A DNA stretch of 64,000 nt from Phoronis australis (GCA_002633005.1 NMRA01000496.1:191049-255048), one strand, 5' to 3'; positions 52,101-64,000 are shown, counted from the first letter of the stretch. Notes: generated from the sequence alone by a model not told the origin. Program-made: numbers and translations.

Positions 52101-53981
52101 AGTCGCGTGGATGCCAATGTGGAAATCGAAAACAAAAGAGATGTGCGCAGTTATAACCTCTACTGTCAACCGTGACTTTGACTGTAGATCTCTCATCGGA
52201 AACCTTCATCTCACTGGAACCCTCAACGGAAGTTGAACAGTTTATAGACGTCATTACATCCGAGTGACAGCGACTTTTCGCCTTGTTGGCACATGCCATT
52301 TCCTTGACGTCGAATGCTTCGTTGGTTGGACAAGGCTTAAGTATCCATGCATCGCCATTATGACAGTAGTAAAAATGAGTGCAATCATCATGGCTGGGGT
52401 ACTTGGTCCCGTGTGCACACGGTAAACAGTCCGCTGAAAATACAAACGCGATCACAGTCAGGGTATTGCTTATCTGATCTCAAAAGTTTTTAAAACCAAA
52501 TGCCACGCGACATTTGTCGCGTAATGGTTTATTTTAGGTAGTTTGCAAATTGATTCGCAGATTTTTAGTAAACTCGAGTAACAACTAATGCCTTATACCT
52601 GTTTTGTTCACAATACGACTTTCCCATAAACGTATTTTTTCCATCCAATAGGGTTGGAGGGAATGAGTTTATATGTGATTAGTGATATTTGTTTACACTT
52701 GATTGCACAATATCGCGGCCACAATTTTTCATGATGCTGCGCCTTCATGCCCGGCGCATAAATTAACGTCGATACCGATGGCGATCAGTCGATTTCAATG
52801 TCTTTTGACCAGTAATTCGTCTCAAAAATAATGTCATGTGCAACTTGCCGACGAATGCCGGTCCTCACAGCACATAGGAAAGAGTGGTCGCCCTAACTTA
52901 ATAATTCGCTGGTGATACACTGTTTTACGGAACTAACACGAACATTTCCCATTTTTTAATGTTAACTGTAAAATATTCAGTACAATAAATATACAGACCC
53001 AGAAAACGCCAAGAGGCATTGTATCTGGGCTAAATAAATACAAAGAAATCTAGATACAATTATACACAAATACATAAATTAATAAACTGATGTTAAGATT
53101 ACAATGACCTATGATTACGGTTCTATTCATTTATCAACTCGAGTAACAGGGAATGCGTACCCTACCATCGAATTTTTTTCATATTTGTAACTGTATGGTT
53201 GACTTATAACAATAAAATCTAAATCCGTCTCCTAAGTCGCAGATGGCTTTGACTTGTTGGTATCGTTATAGAATCCTATAACCGCAAGGACTATTATGGC
53301 ACTGATGTTATAGAGAGTAAAATGCCTAATTCGATTTTCGTTTTTTACTCTATAAAACAGGACGAAATGTAGCGCTCAAAATTGGTATGTTTTCTCACTA
53401 GTCCTTTGAAATCTATTACACGCAATCACAAATCATTCCTGGGCCAGTTTCACTACAGTGTGGTAATTTCACGATATTTTCAACACGGCCTCGGTGAATG
53501 GAGAATTACGCTACGATTAGTCGTAAGTTACGGTTTAAACTCTACATAAAAAAACCTCCGTAAAGTTACGAAAACAAGGACGGTTGTATCAAAGGTCTTA
53601 GCAAAGACTGGGTTATAGGTGTCGGGGATTTCATCTTGAATACGAACTACAGTCGCGTGTGTGCCAGGAACAATGCTTCGAGTTTACAGAGATGCAGCGT
53701 CACCTTGGGCAAAAACGCGCCTACGACCGTTTTAGATACGACTTGCGAGGTTAATGCATCTGGCTCTTGGTCCCGAGATTTAACCCGGGAGGCCGAACTC
53801 TGATAATTTCCCTAATTAGTAGGGTTGGCGCTGTTTTCAGAAATATGCCAGCGAATGTTCAACACTAAATTAAACCAGCATCTTAGATTTTGTGTGTATA
53901 AAATCCAACTTTTAACTTACTGTGCGGATGCGCTTGAGCTGTCGCCAACAACAACAGCATCCTTTGAAGCAGACGCGCCAT
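45674..53981 (-). CDS. Predicted type I membrane protein with a single chitin-binding peritrophin-A (CBM14) domain (5-exon gene span)
   Basis: Exons 53921-53981, 52158-52433, 48950-49085, 47110-47194 and 45674-46195 join in frame via GT-AG (1080 nt, 359 aa). Order: signal peptide, CBM14, linker, TM, long S/T-rich tail. The donor at 52157 (AG|gttata) is weak, so extra exons are possible. Confidence 0.72.
47110..47194 (-). CDS. CBM14 membrane protein exon 4 (juxtamembrane)
   Basis: ttttcag acceptor; CNVGNYVNIRFCGVHEVDPLGSKGDFET; gtatgt donor; phase 2/0 fits. Confidence 0.72.
48950..49085 (-). CDS. CBM14 membrane protein exon 3 (transmembrane helix)
   Basis: ttttcag acceptor; ...FSPAQVLVVIIISAAIAVAVVIYIKANISR; gtatgc donor. 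Confidence 0.75.
52158..52433 (-). CDS. CBM14 membrane protein exon 2 (chitin-binding type 2 domain)
   Basis: ttttcag acceptor; C..CAHGTKYPSHDDCTHFYYCHNG...CPTNEAFD....C.......C matches peritrophin-A Cys spacing. The 3' boundary is uncertain; an alternative gtaatg donor lies near 52257. Confidence 0.85.
53921..53981 (-). CDS. CBM14 membrane protein exon 1 (signal peptide)
   Basis: MARLLQRMLLLLATAQAHPH followed by a consensus gtaagt donor, phase 1. Confidence 0.7.
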
Positions 53982-55908
53982 GACTGTTAACGCTGACGTG
54001 AATCCCTTAATAAACATTTTCCAGCATGGATGTTTTCTGTCAATCAGCGCTCTCGTAAGTCGTGCGTGCCAGTTTGCATTTTACGTAGAACACCGTCGAT
54101 CCAATAATAATAATGAGGTCTTTTCGGCAAATAAAACGGAATTTTGGAGAACATTTAAAGCCACACTACAAAACTCTAGATGTATTACAATCTAAAACTA
54201 AAAATATACTACGGGTAGACTGGTCATTGGAGAATGATCATGAATTATTATGAATCAAAGTACTTTCAAGTGTCGGGAATGCTCAGATCCAATTTCAACA
54301 GTATTCTCCAAGAACGTTACACATTTTGTTTTACCCAATCAAAAAGTACAAAGCAGTAAAACAAAAAAAATCCAAATGGCGCCTTCTTAATTAAAATTTA
54401 CACACCATCCTGATCCAAAACCGCGTATCCCTTCGACAAGAGATCACTTTTAATTACCGGTATTTCTGCTATTGGGCTAGCATAATATACCGGTCCCCAA
54501 TTATACAGCGACACTTGAACGTCTCGATAATTACAAAAATCGAGACCTTCCGTTGAACATAAACTAGAACGATTAAATTTGTTTCCCCGAACACGACCGA
54601 CCAGCTAAAAACTCAGACAATTTTGTCGACAGAATTTCTCTGACTTCTTGTAAATAACGCTGTAAATGTTTTAAATCAGTTTTAACTCAGTAATGACACA
54701 TAATTGTTCCGTTACAAAAATGGGCAAAAACTCTCATCTGACAACAGAATCGCTAAATGTTCATGCACTCCTGTTTTTTCTCAAATTTACTTGAAAAACG
54801 CGGCCTTCGATTGATTGAAATATAATAGAAACTTTAAGAAGACCTAATCATTGTGTACAATGAAAATAAACATCTACTCAAGTCTTGTGGTTCCTCGCCC
54901 ACCGTCAGACATAGCGATACGACTTTCTGATCCATTGTAATTGTGGTGATTGCAGCAGTTGTTTTAACTAAAATGATTTCAAATGACTATTGCTTTTTAA
55001 AGATATCCTCAATCGATTGATTACTAAGATGTATGCTGGTGTAGTTTGTCGTGGGAGCAAATTTCCGAAAATTAGACAGACTGAAAGATAGCGACTGCCA
55101 GAACATGTTGAAGAGAGAATCAAACGCCAAAACCATCCAGGAATATAAATTAAACTATTGCCTCTTTAAGTACCTATCGTTCATGTTGAAGTGCCTTTGT
55201 TGGTTAGTGAGCGTCACGTTTTGATCATTCGAGGACATGTTGACAAAATTGACTTATCAAGTATTTTACCTGCCTACCTACCCACCCAGATGTTAAAAAT
55301 ACGATCAGGTTTGTGGGAAACAAAGATATTTTCAAGACTGGCCTTGTGTTCCAACAGCCAGAAATAGGTACCTAGAAATTCTTGGTAGTTTAAGGTTGCC
55401 TGGTTGCTTCATGCCTAGTTGCNCCCGTAGCATGTTCGGTGGGTCGTAACCTTGACAACCTTGAGCAAGTTTACATTAAAGTAGAACGGAAAAGGTTAAA
55501 ATAATTTTGAGTTTGGTTTCGAGTACAAACATTAGACTCTGAGTCCAATCAAAATGTTGTTTTTAACTCCTTGAAAAATTGCGAATCCTTTTCAAAGCGT
55601 TCCGTGTTCCCATTCTTGTAAAAACGACCTATTAAAGCAAGTTAAATAATACACCATTTCGTTTCTAAAAATTTTTTTAGTTCCAGAGGAAAGGTCAAAA
55701 TTACGTGTTTTCTACATAGGTTCCAACTTATGACAATTTTGCTCCTTCACTGTCTCTAAGATAAGTAGAAACTGTTAAAACTTTTTTTTCAACATTTCAT
55801 GCACCTTTTCCATAAAATTGTGTATAATTTTGAAAAGAATGTCACAAAAAATCATTCCCAGTACTTAAAATAGCTATTCTTGAACACAAAAGATTTCCCC
55901 TACACCAT

Positions 55909-56700
55909 CCTCCCGTTCAGTAACGCTAGGACCTCGCTAAAAAGCAAGACTTCGCGAGATAATGTGAGATATTGCCGTGTATTTTAAATGAGAACAAGTG
56001 GATGGCTAGATTTTTGCTAGGTCCTAGTGAACGTCCTAGCGTTACTGAACGCACGCCAGGTGTCTCTTAATTAAAGCTGCATTTCGCGCTATTTAGCTGG
56101 CAAAAACTGAAAATCGAAATACTCCTTTTACTCTTCACGAAATTGGCCTGATAACATTCGTTATCGCGATAAGATTACATTTCCGTTACCAACTTCAAGT
56201 CACAAACAATGCAAACGAGCATAATTTTCGAGTTCATAACTTTCATGTCAGCCAACCTCAATAAACTCTGATGTGTTTTCTTGAGTCGTTGAGGGTTTCG
56301 ATATTTTTGTTGGTAACACAAATAGAATCTTATCGCGCTAAGGAGTATTACGAGACCAATTTTATGAGAGTGAAAGGTGATGTTCGTTTTCAACCAGCTC
56401 AACAGGGCGAAATGTAGCCATAGGTGTATTAACTTCCTATCTAAGAGCAGCTTGTTTGTTCGATATAGATCAGCAACCTTAGAGAACTGATTAATCGAAT
56501 GAATACAAACGTACGCTTCATTTCATATTGCCAGGCTTACCCAAAACTTGCGTGCATTCAGTAGACGCTAGGACCTACGCTAGGACCTAGCCAAAAGCTA
56601 GTCAAGGTCACGTGCTATTATTTAAAATACACGGCAATATCTCGCGTAATCTCGCAAAGTCTTGCTTTTAAGCTAGGTCCTAGCGTTACTGAACGGGAGG
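55909..56700. repeat. Two oppositely oriented copies of a roughly 150-bp MITE (55909-56060, 56548-56700)
   Basis: Outer ends cctcccgttcagtaacgctaggacct / aggtcctagcgttactgaacgggagg; a third copy lies at about 46731-46883. Confidence 0.8.
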
Positions 56701-56863
56701 CTTGTTTAGTCATCACCCATTATTGTACACTTTGTTTTTTCCTTTGAAAGATAGCATTATTCAACCAAGAGACGTTTTCTCTAAGTTCTGCGAGGACGCT
56801 TAATTCTTCCGAACGTTAGACACGCTCTCTGATGTGAGGAGTTTCCAAACTTGTCCCAAAAAA

Positions 56864-56995
56864 TTGAGGATTTAGGCGAGTTGCAGAGCATTGTTTTGAG
56901 GATTTAGGCGAGTTGCAGAGCATTGTTTTGAGGATTTAGGCGAGTTGCAGAGCATTGTTTTGAGGATTTAGGCGAGTTGCAGAGCATTGTTTTGT
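56864..56995. repeat. Perfect 32-bp tandem repeat x4
   Basis: gaggatttaggcgagttgcagagcattgtttt. Confidence 0.95.
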
Positions 56996-59448
56996 TTCAA
57001 CGATGTAAGTGATCTTGTTGATGTTATGTTAAAAATACATGTAGCAATTTCTGAGAGCACCTACGGGTGGTTCTACATCGATCGTCACAGATTTTCCTGA
57101 AACTTTATGAAGGCTTGGACTACCCCTAGTTATGCACCTGAACTGACTTTTCTGACACAAGCTTCGCTTTCGTTTTTATGCTTATCTTACAAAAATGGCT
57201 TTTTCGACACTTATTTTAGTAAGAATTTTGGATACATCATGTGTGATTATGAAACCAGCGTAATTTAATAGTATTGAGCTAGTTTAGTACAATAAAATCA
57301 AGTTTGTTTGTTTTTGCCCGCTTAGTAGTTAACGTGTACTTTTACTGAGTATACCTTGCAGTGTTTGGCTACCTAAATACAGTGATTACTCAGCAGTTTT
57401 TTAAAAAGATGCACAACAAACATCACCATTTGCATACGTTAAGTGGACTCGAATATATTTTTATAATTTAGAGGGTTTTTGGGACCATCGTAAGCCCAAG
57501 AAGGGGGAGGAGACGAGCCGCTATCCATCCTTCTGTTTACTTTAATGATTTCCTGTGTAGTCTGGTGACAACTTTCACTTCAGATTGGTAGTGATCGGAC
57601 AGTAGCGCAAAAGGAATCGGACAATAGTGAGTGAAGGGGGTGATGACTGCGGAGGTTTCGAAGGGCGACTTTGGTCCCTGAACAAATTACAGAAAACCTG
57701 AATATACCCATAGAGCGAGGTTCTGCGTGTATAAGAGAGATACTCACATCAGTCCCTAAAATGCAGTATATCAGACTGTAGCATGTAACTAGAAAACATG
57801 TGACATTTACCTTTCAACAGGCTTGGGTATGGGTTATGAAATCGTCTCTTATTTGTGATTTTTCCAAGAGTTGTGTAGTTAGTTCCGCGACCATATGTTT
57901 TAGCCTACAGGACTATCGGCAATGTCTGCTTGAGCAGCCACACGGAAAAAATCCTCACGGTATAAACCATTTATATGGATTTTCTGGATTAGTGTGGATC
58001 CAAAAAAGCTTCCTTTGTTAGACAATTTTCATACAATTGACGTGAAAGTAAAAAAATGTCATCTTTTGTAAAACGTCCCGCTTCCATTTATTTGAACATG
58101 AGCACCCGGGTAATGGCCCTTGTGCCTGCATTCAAACATTTGCATGTAGGTCATTCTTTACAGAAAAGTAATCCTTGAAACAGACGTTGGTGATATAGTG
58201 AGATATTGTTTTGATAGCTTGTAATATGTAAAAATGCTGAATGATGTAATTATCAAATCCAATGACCTTGGTCTCTCTCAAATGTGTGTAACAGGCATTT
58301 TTAGAAATTGCATATCGTGCTGTTTGTTAGGTAACAACCTAATGCGTATTTTGAGGTATCTGAAGCTCTCCCCCTCTCCCATTGGGCTTGAGCGAAAAAG
58401 GTACTTTTGTAAATTTTAATCTGCATGGTAACAACGATTAAAAGTGCAAATATTTTGTCTACTTTTCTTTCTTTTCACAGCAGAATAAACTCATGTGACG
58501 ACCTGAAGTGATGGCAAAATCAAAGTGTATGAACATACAATGAGAAATAATTACAGATATTTAAACCTCTATTATTGACAAAAAAGATGTTGACACAGCT
58601 TCCCAGTAGAACGAACTGGGTATTCCAGAACTTCATGCTATAGTTCGGATATTAAAGAGGCCTGGAACGCGATAAACAGACTAAATTGTAACATTGAAAG
58701 TGGTTCTCTGCCACTGAACCAGAATTCAACCTGCTCACCTGGTATTTTTAGGGTTTGTTCGTAAAGCTTTTTATTTCTGTTGATATCAAAAAAATTTCTT
58801 TTAGTTTCAAATATGAAAAACAATCTGTCAACTGCTCGCCACTTCGTCGATTTTTCCCCCACAAGGCAAAGCCCGTCTCTTTATTTGGTACGGCCGGCAA
58901 GACATAGACGTAACACATTTCCCTTATATAGAAATGTGACCTTTGGCCTTAAGCAACTTCAAGCAACTGACTGAGAGCGCATTCGCACATTTGTCATAAG
59001 TGGGAGGGAGATTAGAAACTCTGTGGTAACCACACAGTTTTTTCTTCAAGCGTATTTCAAAAATCGGGGATTTTTGACTTTTTCTGGAAATTTCCTCACA
59101 GGGGAATTTGAATTACTCTATACTAGACGTTGCGAGATGGTATTTTGGTCAGGAATTGTTTAAAAGATATTTTTGACGAGCTTTCGCGTTTCATGCCTCT
59201 TTAAGATTTCTCCCTCCACCGTTTGCACGTCTCCATCCCTCAGGCAATTTTAGGGGAGACAGCCATGAGAGCAAAGAAGCCATTACTCTTGGCCTCTTTT
59301 ACCCAACCATCTCATTAATATACATTTTTTCTGGCCATTGTTCGCTAACTCATGTCTTTAGCCACACCTGCAGGGTACACTCGACACCAGTTCTTTGTCC
59401 AGCTGCAAACTTTCCGTCAAGAACGCTTTCACGTCAAGAATAAATCTG

Positions 59449-59813
59449 GGCCCGGTCTCCAATCTTTTTACTCGAAATGGAACTCGAAATTAGGTTTGGC
59501 ATTTTCTACTCTACTTTTGGGCGAACTCAAGATAAGTGTCTATTATTCTATGCTCGAGTATACAATAACTTACGTAGATAATTGCCCTTAGTTCACAGTT
59601 TGTAAACCCAATATTAAAGCAATAAGTTCGAGTTTGTAGCACGAATATAAGGGTCTTCAAGGGCAAACTTGAAGTAGAAACTCCTATGCATAAACTATAA
59701 TGTAATCGAGCTCATTCTGATAACCAATTATCTTAAGTTCGCACAAAAGGAGCAGAGAAATTGCCAAAACTAGTTTCGAGTTCGTTTCGAGTACAAAGAT
59801 TAGAGACCGGGCC
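59449..59813. mobile_element. PIF/Harbinger-type MITE
   Basis: TIRs ggcccggtctc / gagaccgggcc with a 3-bp CTG TSD; related fragments at about 51510-51760 and 55470-55545. Confidence 0.75.
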
Positions 59814-61059
59814 CTGGAGCTCTGATTGCATTTGCGTACTGCCCATCTAGACTCAATTTCATCAGAAGTGGACCGTGGCCAGCTCTCTTCATAAGAAGCC
59901 GATGGAAGTGCCGATGAACCAAATGCATCCAGGTCTTTGCAATGTTATCAAATGCAATTTCCCTCACTAGACCACAGGTGTGTCTCTCAATGTCCAAGGG
60001 AGCATTTATTTCATCCAAGGAAGTGAACTATCTTGTGCATCCGTGCATCAAGCCGGCCAGCTAGCTGTTGGAAGACTATTTCGTAAACAGCTTTGCACCA
60101 AGGCTACTATGCACCGAAAAATATACCAAATACGCCTACTCTGGCCAGGATGAGTCACATTTAAAAACTGCCTCACTCACATTACAGGTAGTTCATAAAT
60201 GCTCTGCGACACTTCTTGTGCAGCTTCCTTCCCACCTTGATAAAGAACTCTTCATGTGATCACTTTCATGCACAGCGCCTTTTAAAACTGCAAACTACAG
60301 TAGCCATATTTCCATGAACAGAGTGGTCTACTGCTGTAGCGCTACAAGATGTTACTTGCACTGAGAGTCTTCTAATACAACCAACTAGTCTGAGAGCAAA
60401 AAATTGTACACAAGAAAATTCTGCACGCTACATAGTTTTTCTACTGCCAATTAAAACCTTTCAGTCGCTGTTTGTATTTTTATAACTGAGCGATTACAAC
60501 AAGTGCGTGGTACTTGGCAACCAAAAATTGCGCAGTTTCAGTTGAATTTCTGTACATGAAATAATAAAGACCAGACTTTTGACCCTCATCGTTGTGACCT
60601 TTAGTCATCGTCTGCAAATTTCAAGAGTCATTTTGTTACAGCTTCCTAGTTCCTTACCAAATAACTTAGTTTGAGTTCGGATACTAAAAATAGGTGGTTT
60701 GACATGCGAGTGCCCCCACAAAGGCAATTTCATTTCTTTGGATATACTATTTTTGGATTGGGGATAAATATCAAACATACCTACACAGTATCGAATACCA
60801 GTCCTTAATTTACACGGATTAGTCCTGCTACCAAAAGAGGTCATTTTTATGCTGAAAACTTTACATGTTTCAGGTAAGTTTCAATGGTCTGTACAAAATA
60901 GACGAAGAGGACAATGAATGTTTTATGGTGGTTGGTGTCGTTTGAGGTGGACATAAATCCACTGGTAAATTTTTAACCAATTATGTGACGAGTCATGTAG
61001 AATTTTTTTATTTTTTCTTGGTTACATAGGTTCTATTTAAGGCTTTCTTGAAAGATTTG

Positions 61060-61503
61060 TTATTGCACTAGCCACACTCAGTTGACACCGATTTGGTATT
61101 GCGCTAGTCAAACTTAGTTGACAACTACATGTATTTGGTATTGCGCTAGTCAAACTTAGTTGACACATACATGTATTTGGTATTGCGCTAGTCAAACTTA
61201 GTTGACACCTACATGTATTTGGTATTGCGCTAGTCAAACTTAGTTGACACATACATGTATTTGGTATTGCGCTAGTCAAACTTAGTTGACACTCACATGT
61301 ATTTGGTATTGCGCTAGTCAAACTTAGTTGACACTCACATGTATTTGGTATTGCGCTAGTCAAACTTAGTTGACACCTGCATGTATTTGGTATTGCGCTA
61401 GTCAAACTTAGTTGACGCCTACATGTATTTGGTATTGCGCTAGTCAAACTTAGTTGACACTCACATGTATTTGGTATTGTGTTAGTCAAACTCAGTTGAC
61501 ACC
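61060..61503. repeat. 42-bp minisatellite (about 10 copies)
   Basis: catgtatttggtattgcgctagtcaaacttagttgacac plus 3 variable bases. Confidence 0.95.
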
Positions 61504-61926
61504 TATTTACCTAAGTGTTTTCTAAACAATATCCCTAGAATTTCAACACATAAAATTAGTAGATGGTGACAACTTTGGACCCCCAAATTGTAACCTGTGT
61601 GGACTTAAAAGCTGTCGTAACCAACCTTCCGTCAGAACTCTAAGTTGAGATTAGGACCACTTAGGCTTAAAAACTGGATTCAAACTGATTTTGGGGCTTG
61701 GGAAGAATTGACCTTTTTGTATTGTTTGTGATCAAGATTGATAAGTTGACTTGTCACAACGGTTTCATTTAATGCAACGAGCTTCTAAGCGCGAACAAAG
61801 TGGTCAGTTCTTCCCGAAACAAATATCCATTTCTCTTGTAACTGAAAAACAAGTAGACACCGGTTTCGTAGTGGTAAGCAGTTGAAAAAAGTTTCATAAC
61901 AACTTGCAATTGATGTAATCCACATA

Positions 61927-62865
61927 TCAAAAACTTGAGAATTTAAATTTTCTAACAGGAAAGATTGTTCGTTTGTTTTTATTCTCTGTAAAATTTAAAG
62001 GCAAGTAACCGCATAGGCTAAACAGCTCTTCGCAGCTCTTTTCTATGTCAACCAATGAATTTTCCGCATCGTTCTCGTACCATTTTTGAAATGACAACTT
62101 TCGCTCCGTAAAGTCGATCTTTTCCAATGTTCGCAAAGAGTGTGACATCCACGGAGTCTTTTCAGCATCAACGCTTAGGTTCAGTCCAACAAAGTGGTAC
62201 AGTGACTCGATAACCTTAGTTTTGTGCAACAAGATGTCTTCATAACGCAGCAGAAAGCTTGCGTTATTCAACACATACGCAGTTCGTACGTTATCAGCAA
62301 GCATGTTGCACAACTTTGCATTTGTTACTGATGTGTTGAATTTTTGTGAACTAGAATATCCTAACTTACGCCGTGATAAAAGCATAGATCGGGGATCCCG
62401 CACGAGAACTATAAACCTGATGGAGCTATCGAAGCGGTTTAAATCGGTCATCATGTTACTGTTGGCTCGAATTGTCTTTACTATCCTCAGAGGGGAAGAT
62501 TCACACGCTGTCTTCAGCTTTAACAGACATTCATCGTGGATCACTATTTGGCTTAAATTCTTTTTTTCCATTTCCTCAATCTGCGTTTCGTTTACTGCAA
62601 GTGTCTTCATAACACATCGAAAACACTGAACGAAAGGGTCGTCTTTGGTCTTGTGAGCCCATGCGCGCCACTGGAACATTTGATAGCGAATAACTGACAG
62701 GGGTACTTCGAACAGGGCGCAGTTTAAAAGGTTTCCCAGTATATTCACGTAGTACCTATCGGTGAAAGGCCTGAAATTGAAGATATACTCATGTTGTATC
62801 TCAGTCTCATGCAATTTAAAGCCTAATAACATTAAGCGATAAACAGCTCTTATATCGGCTTTCAT
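61927..62865 (-). CDS. Carbohydrate (Gal/GlcNAc-6-O) sulfotransferase-like ORF, CHST-type; N-terminus missing or disrupted
   Basis: 312-aa ORF with VKTIR, IVLVRDPRSMLLSR (3'-PB PAPS-binding motif), LLRYED and a C-terminal KW...C...LCGY. The ORF lacks the 5'-PSB motif. Confidence 0.75.
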   Translation of the reverse strand: MKADIRAVYRLMLLGFKLHETEIQHEYIFNFRPFTDRYYVNILGNLLNCALFEVPLSVIRYQMFQWRAWAHKTKDDPFVQCFRCVMKTLAVNETQIEEMEKKNLSQIVIHDECLLKLKTACESSPLRIVKTIRANSNMMTDLNRFDSSIRFIVLVRDPRSMLLSRRKLGYSSSQKFNTSVTNAKLCNMLADNVRTAYVLNNASFLLRYEDILLHKTKVIESLYHFVGLNLSVDAEKTPWMSHSLRTLEKIDFTERKLSFQKWYENDAENSLVDIEKSCEELFSLCGYLPLNFTENKNKRTIFPVRKFKFSSF

Positions 62866-63520
62866 CCACTTTCTCTGACGTGACGATCAGTTCATCTCAT
62901 ATGCCGTCATTTTCTTACGCGCAAAGGTTGCAGGGAACTTTTTTGTTGTTCGGATTCCCCAGCTATATGCCCGTACGGTGCTGTTTCTGTATGTGACAAT
63001 CAGAGGGACTGAAAGGACAGGCATGTTCGTATCCGGTTATAGGTTTTAACTATCACCCGCAGAATTAGTCGTGCGAAAAAAGGTATATCAAGGTGATCAA
63101 ATTTCATTAACAAGAAAAGTAAATGCATAACAGTGTTAATCTTATTTTGTCACGAGAAAAATCACTGGAGCACTCCGCCGCGACCCAAACCTTTTCTGAA
63201 ATAGTCATAAATAACTTAAGTGAAATGGTCTGAGCCTAAGTATTCATATCCCAAACAACAACTGTCGTTCTTTTAGTATTTTTATTACACACGTATTCCT
63301 GTTTTATTTCGGCAATCCCGAAACAGCGCCCGAAGCGAGTGTTGCTTAAACGATTCATATGAATTTCCATTTGAACGACAGCCTTCGTTCAGTGGACAGC
63401 GACGAAGGGGCCATACGACTGGTGAGATATTTAACCCAAGCGTGCTAAAGTCATTCAAGCTTTCCTTGCTGCTTCAGAGGCGCCTGTAGAACGTGTCCTC
63501 GGTATACAATGGTGTGTAAC

Positions 63521-63804
63521 CATGGACGCACCCGGGGGGGGGGCTCGCGAGGATCGAACGAGCTCCCCAATTTGGCGAATTGGGCAAAAAGGTTCGCCTC
63601 AGCGAAAAAAGTCCAAGTAAACGACACAAAAGTCCACAAAAGACACAAGAAATCGGCGCAGATGCACAATTCGTGGACCTGAACCTAGTGGCCCTGTTTT
63701 TTTCTTTGTTTTTTTTTGTCCTCGTTGATTTTGTTTGGTAAAAGGTCCCATACCGAAAAATTCGAGCCCCCCCCCACCTATATTTTAGGCTGGATGCGCG
63801 CATG
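63521..63804. mobile_element. MITE with 5-bp TSD
   Basis: catggacgcacc...ggatgcgcgcatg; TSD GTAAC. Confidence 0.7.
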
Positions 63805-64000
63805 GTAACGCCAGACAGGTTTAACTTTCAAGTCTCTGTTCCTGGAAAGTCACAACCAGGCGAAATACACTGTCTATAGTTCGTTCCATTAACCCAATTG
63901 CGCATCTTCTGTGATGTTAATTGAAGTGGTCATGCTTCGTGCGCCTTCCTATGCCTTGTAAGTGACAGCGGCGACATTCAAATAAATTCAGTTTGTGTTC

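Noticed and set aside
56864-56995. CRISPR-like 32-bp repeats
   Set aside because: Perfect tandem copies with no spacers.
61060-61503. CRISPR-like array (palindromic repeat)
   Set aside because: Units are head-to-tail with only 3-4 variable bases. There are no unique spacers or cas genes, and the context is eukaryotic.
62303-62629. 108-aa plus-strand ORF
   Set aside because: Antisense shadow of the sulfotransferase ORF.

Overview
This is eukaryotic, intron- and repeat-rich DNA from an animal, probably a marine invertebrate; cnidarian is only an inference from the repeat and gene types. Four protein-coding loci are supportable. (1) A PRSS23/35-like trypsin-fold serine protease (+, about 9806-10911). 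(2) TSR1, the 40S pre-rRNA processing factor (+, 24379-44657), with 17 exons traced by hand; one expected conserved exon is absent next to an assembly N. (3) A spliced minus-strand gene that the ORF track shows only in pieces (45674-53981), predicted to encode a type I membrane protein: signal peptide, one chitin-binding peritrophin-A (CBM14) domain, TM helix and a cytoplasmic tail of about 207 aa with YVNI and C-terminal TYVM motifs. This is the most interesting candidate in the window. (4) A carbohydrate sulfotransferase-like ORF with an apparently disrupted 5' end (-, 61927-63008). The remainder is nested transposable elements: a Kolobok-type element carrying a KolX/P2X7-ballast-like ORF, a decayed piggyBac, a solo LTR, tRNA-derived SINEs, HINE-like elements, a THAP-remnant TIR element, an L1/Tx1 remnant, many MITEs and several minisatellites. 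No CRISPR array, rRNA or intact tRNA gene was found. All gene models and family assignments were made by eye, without database searches.
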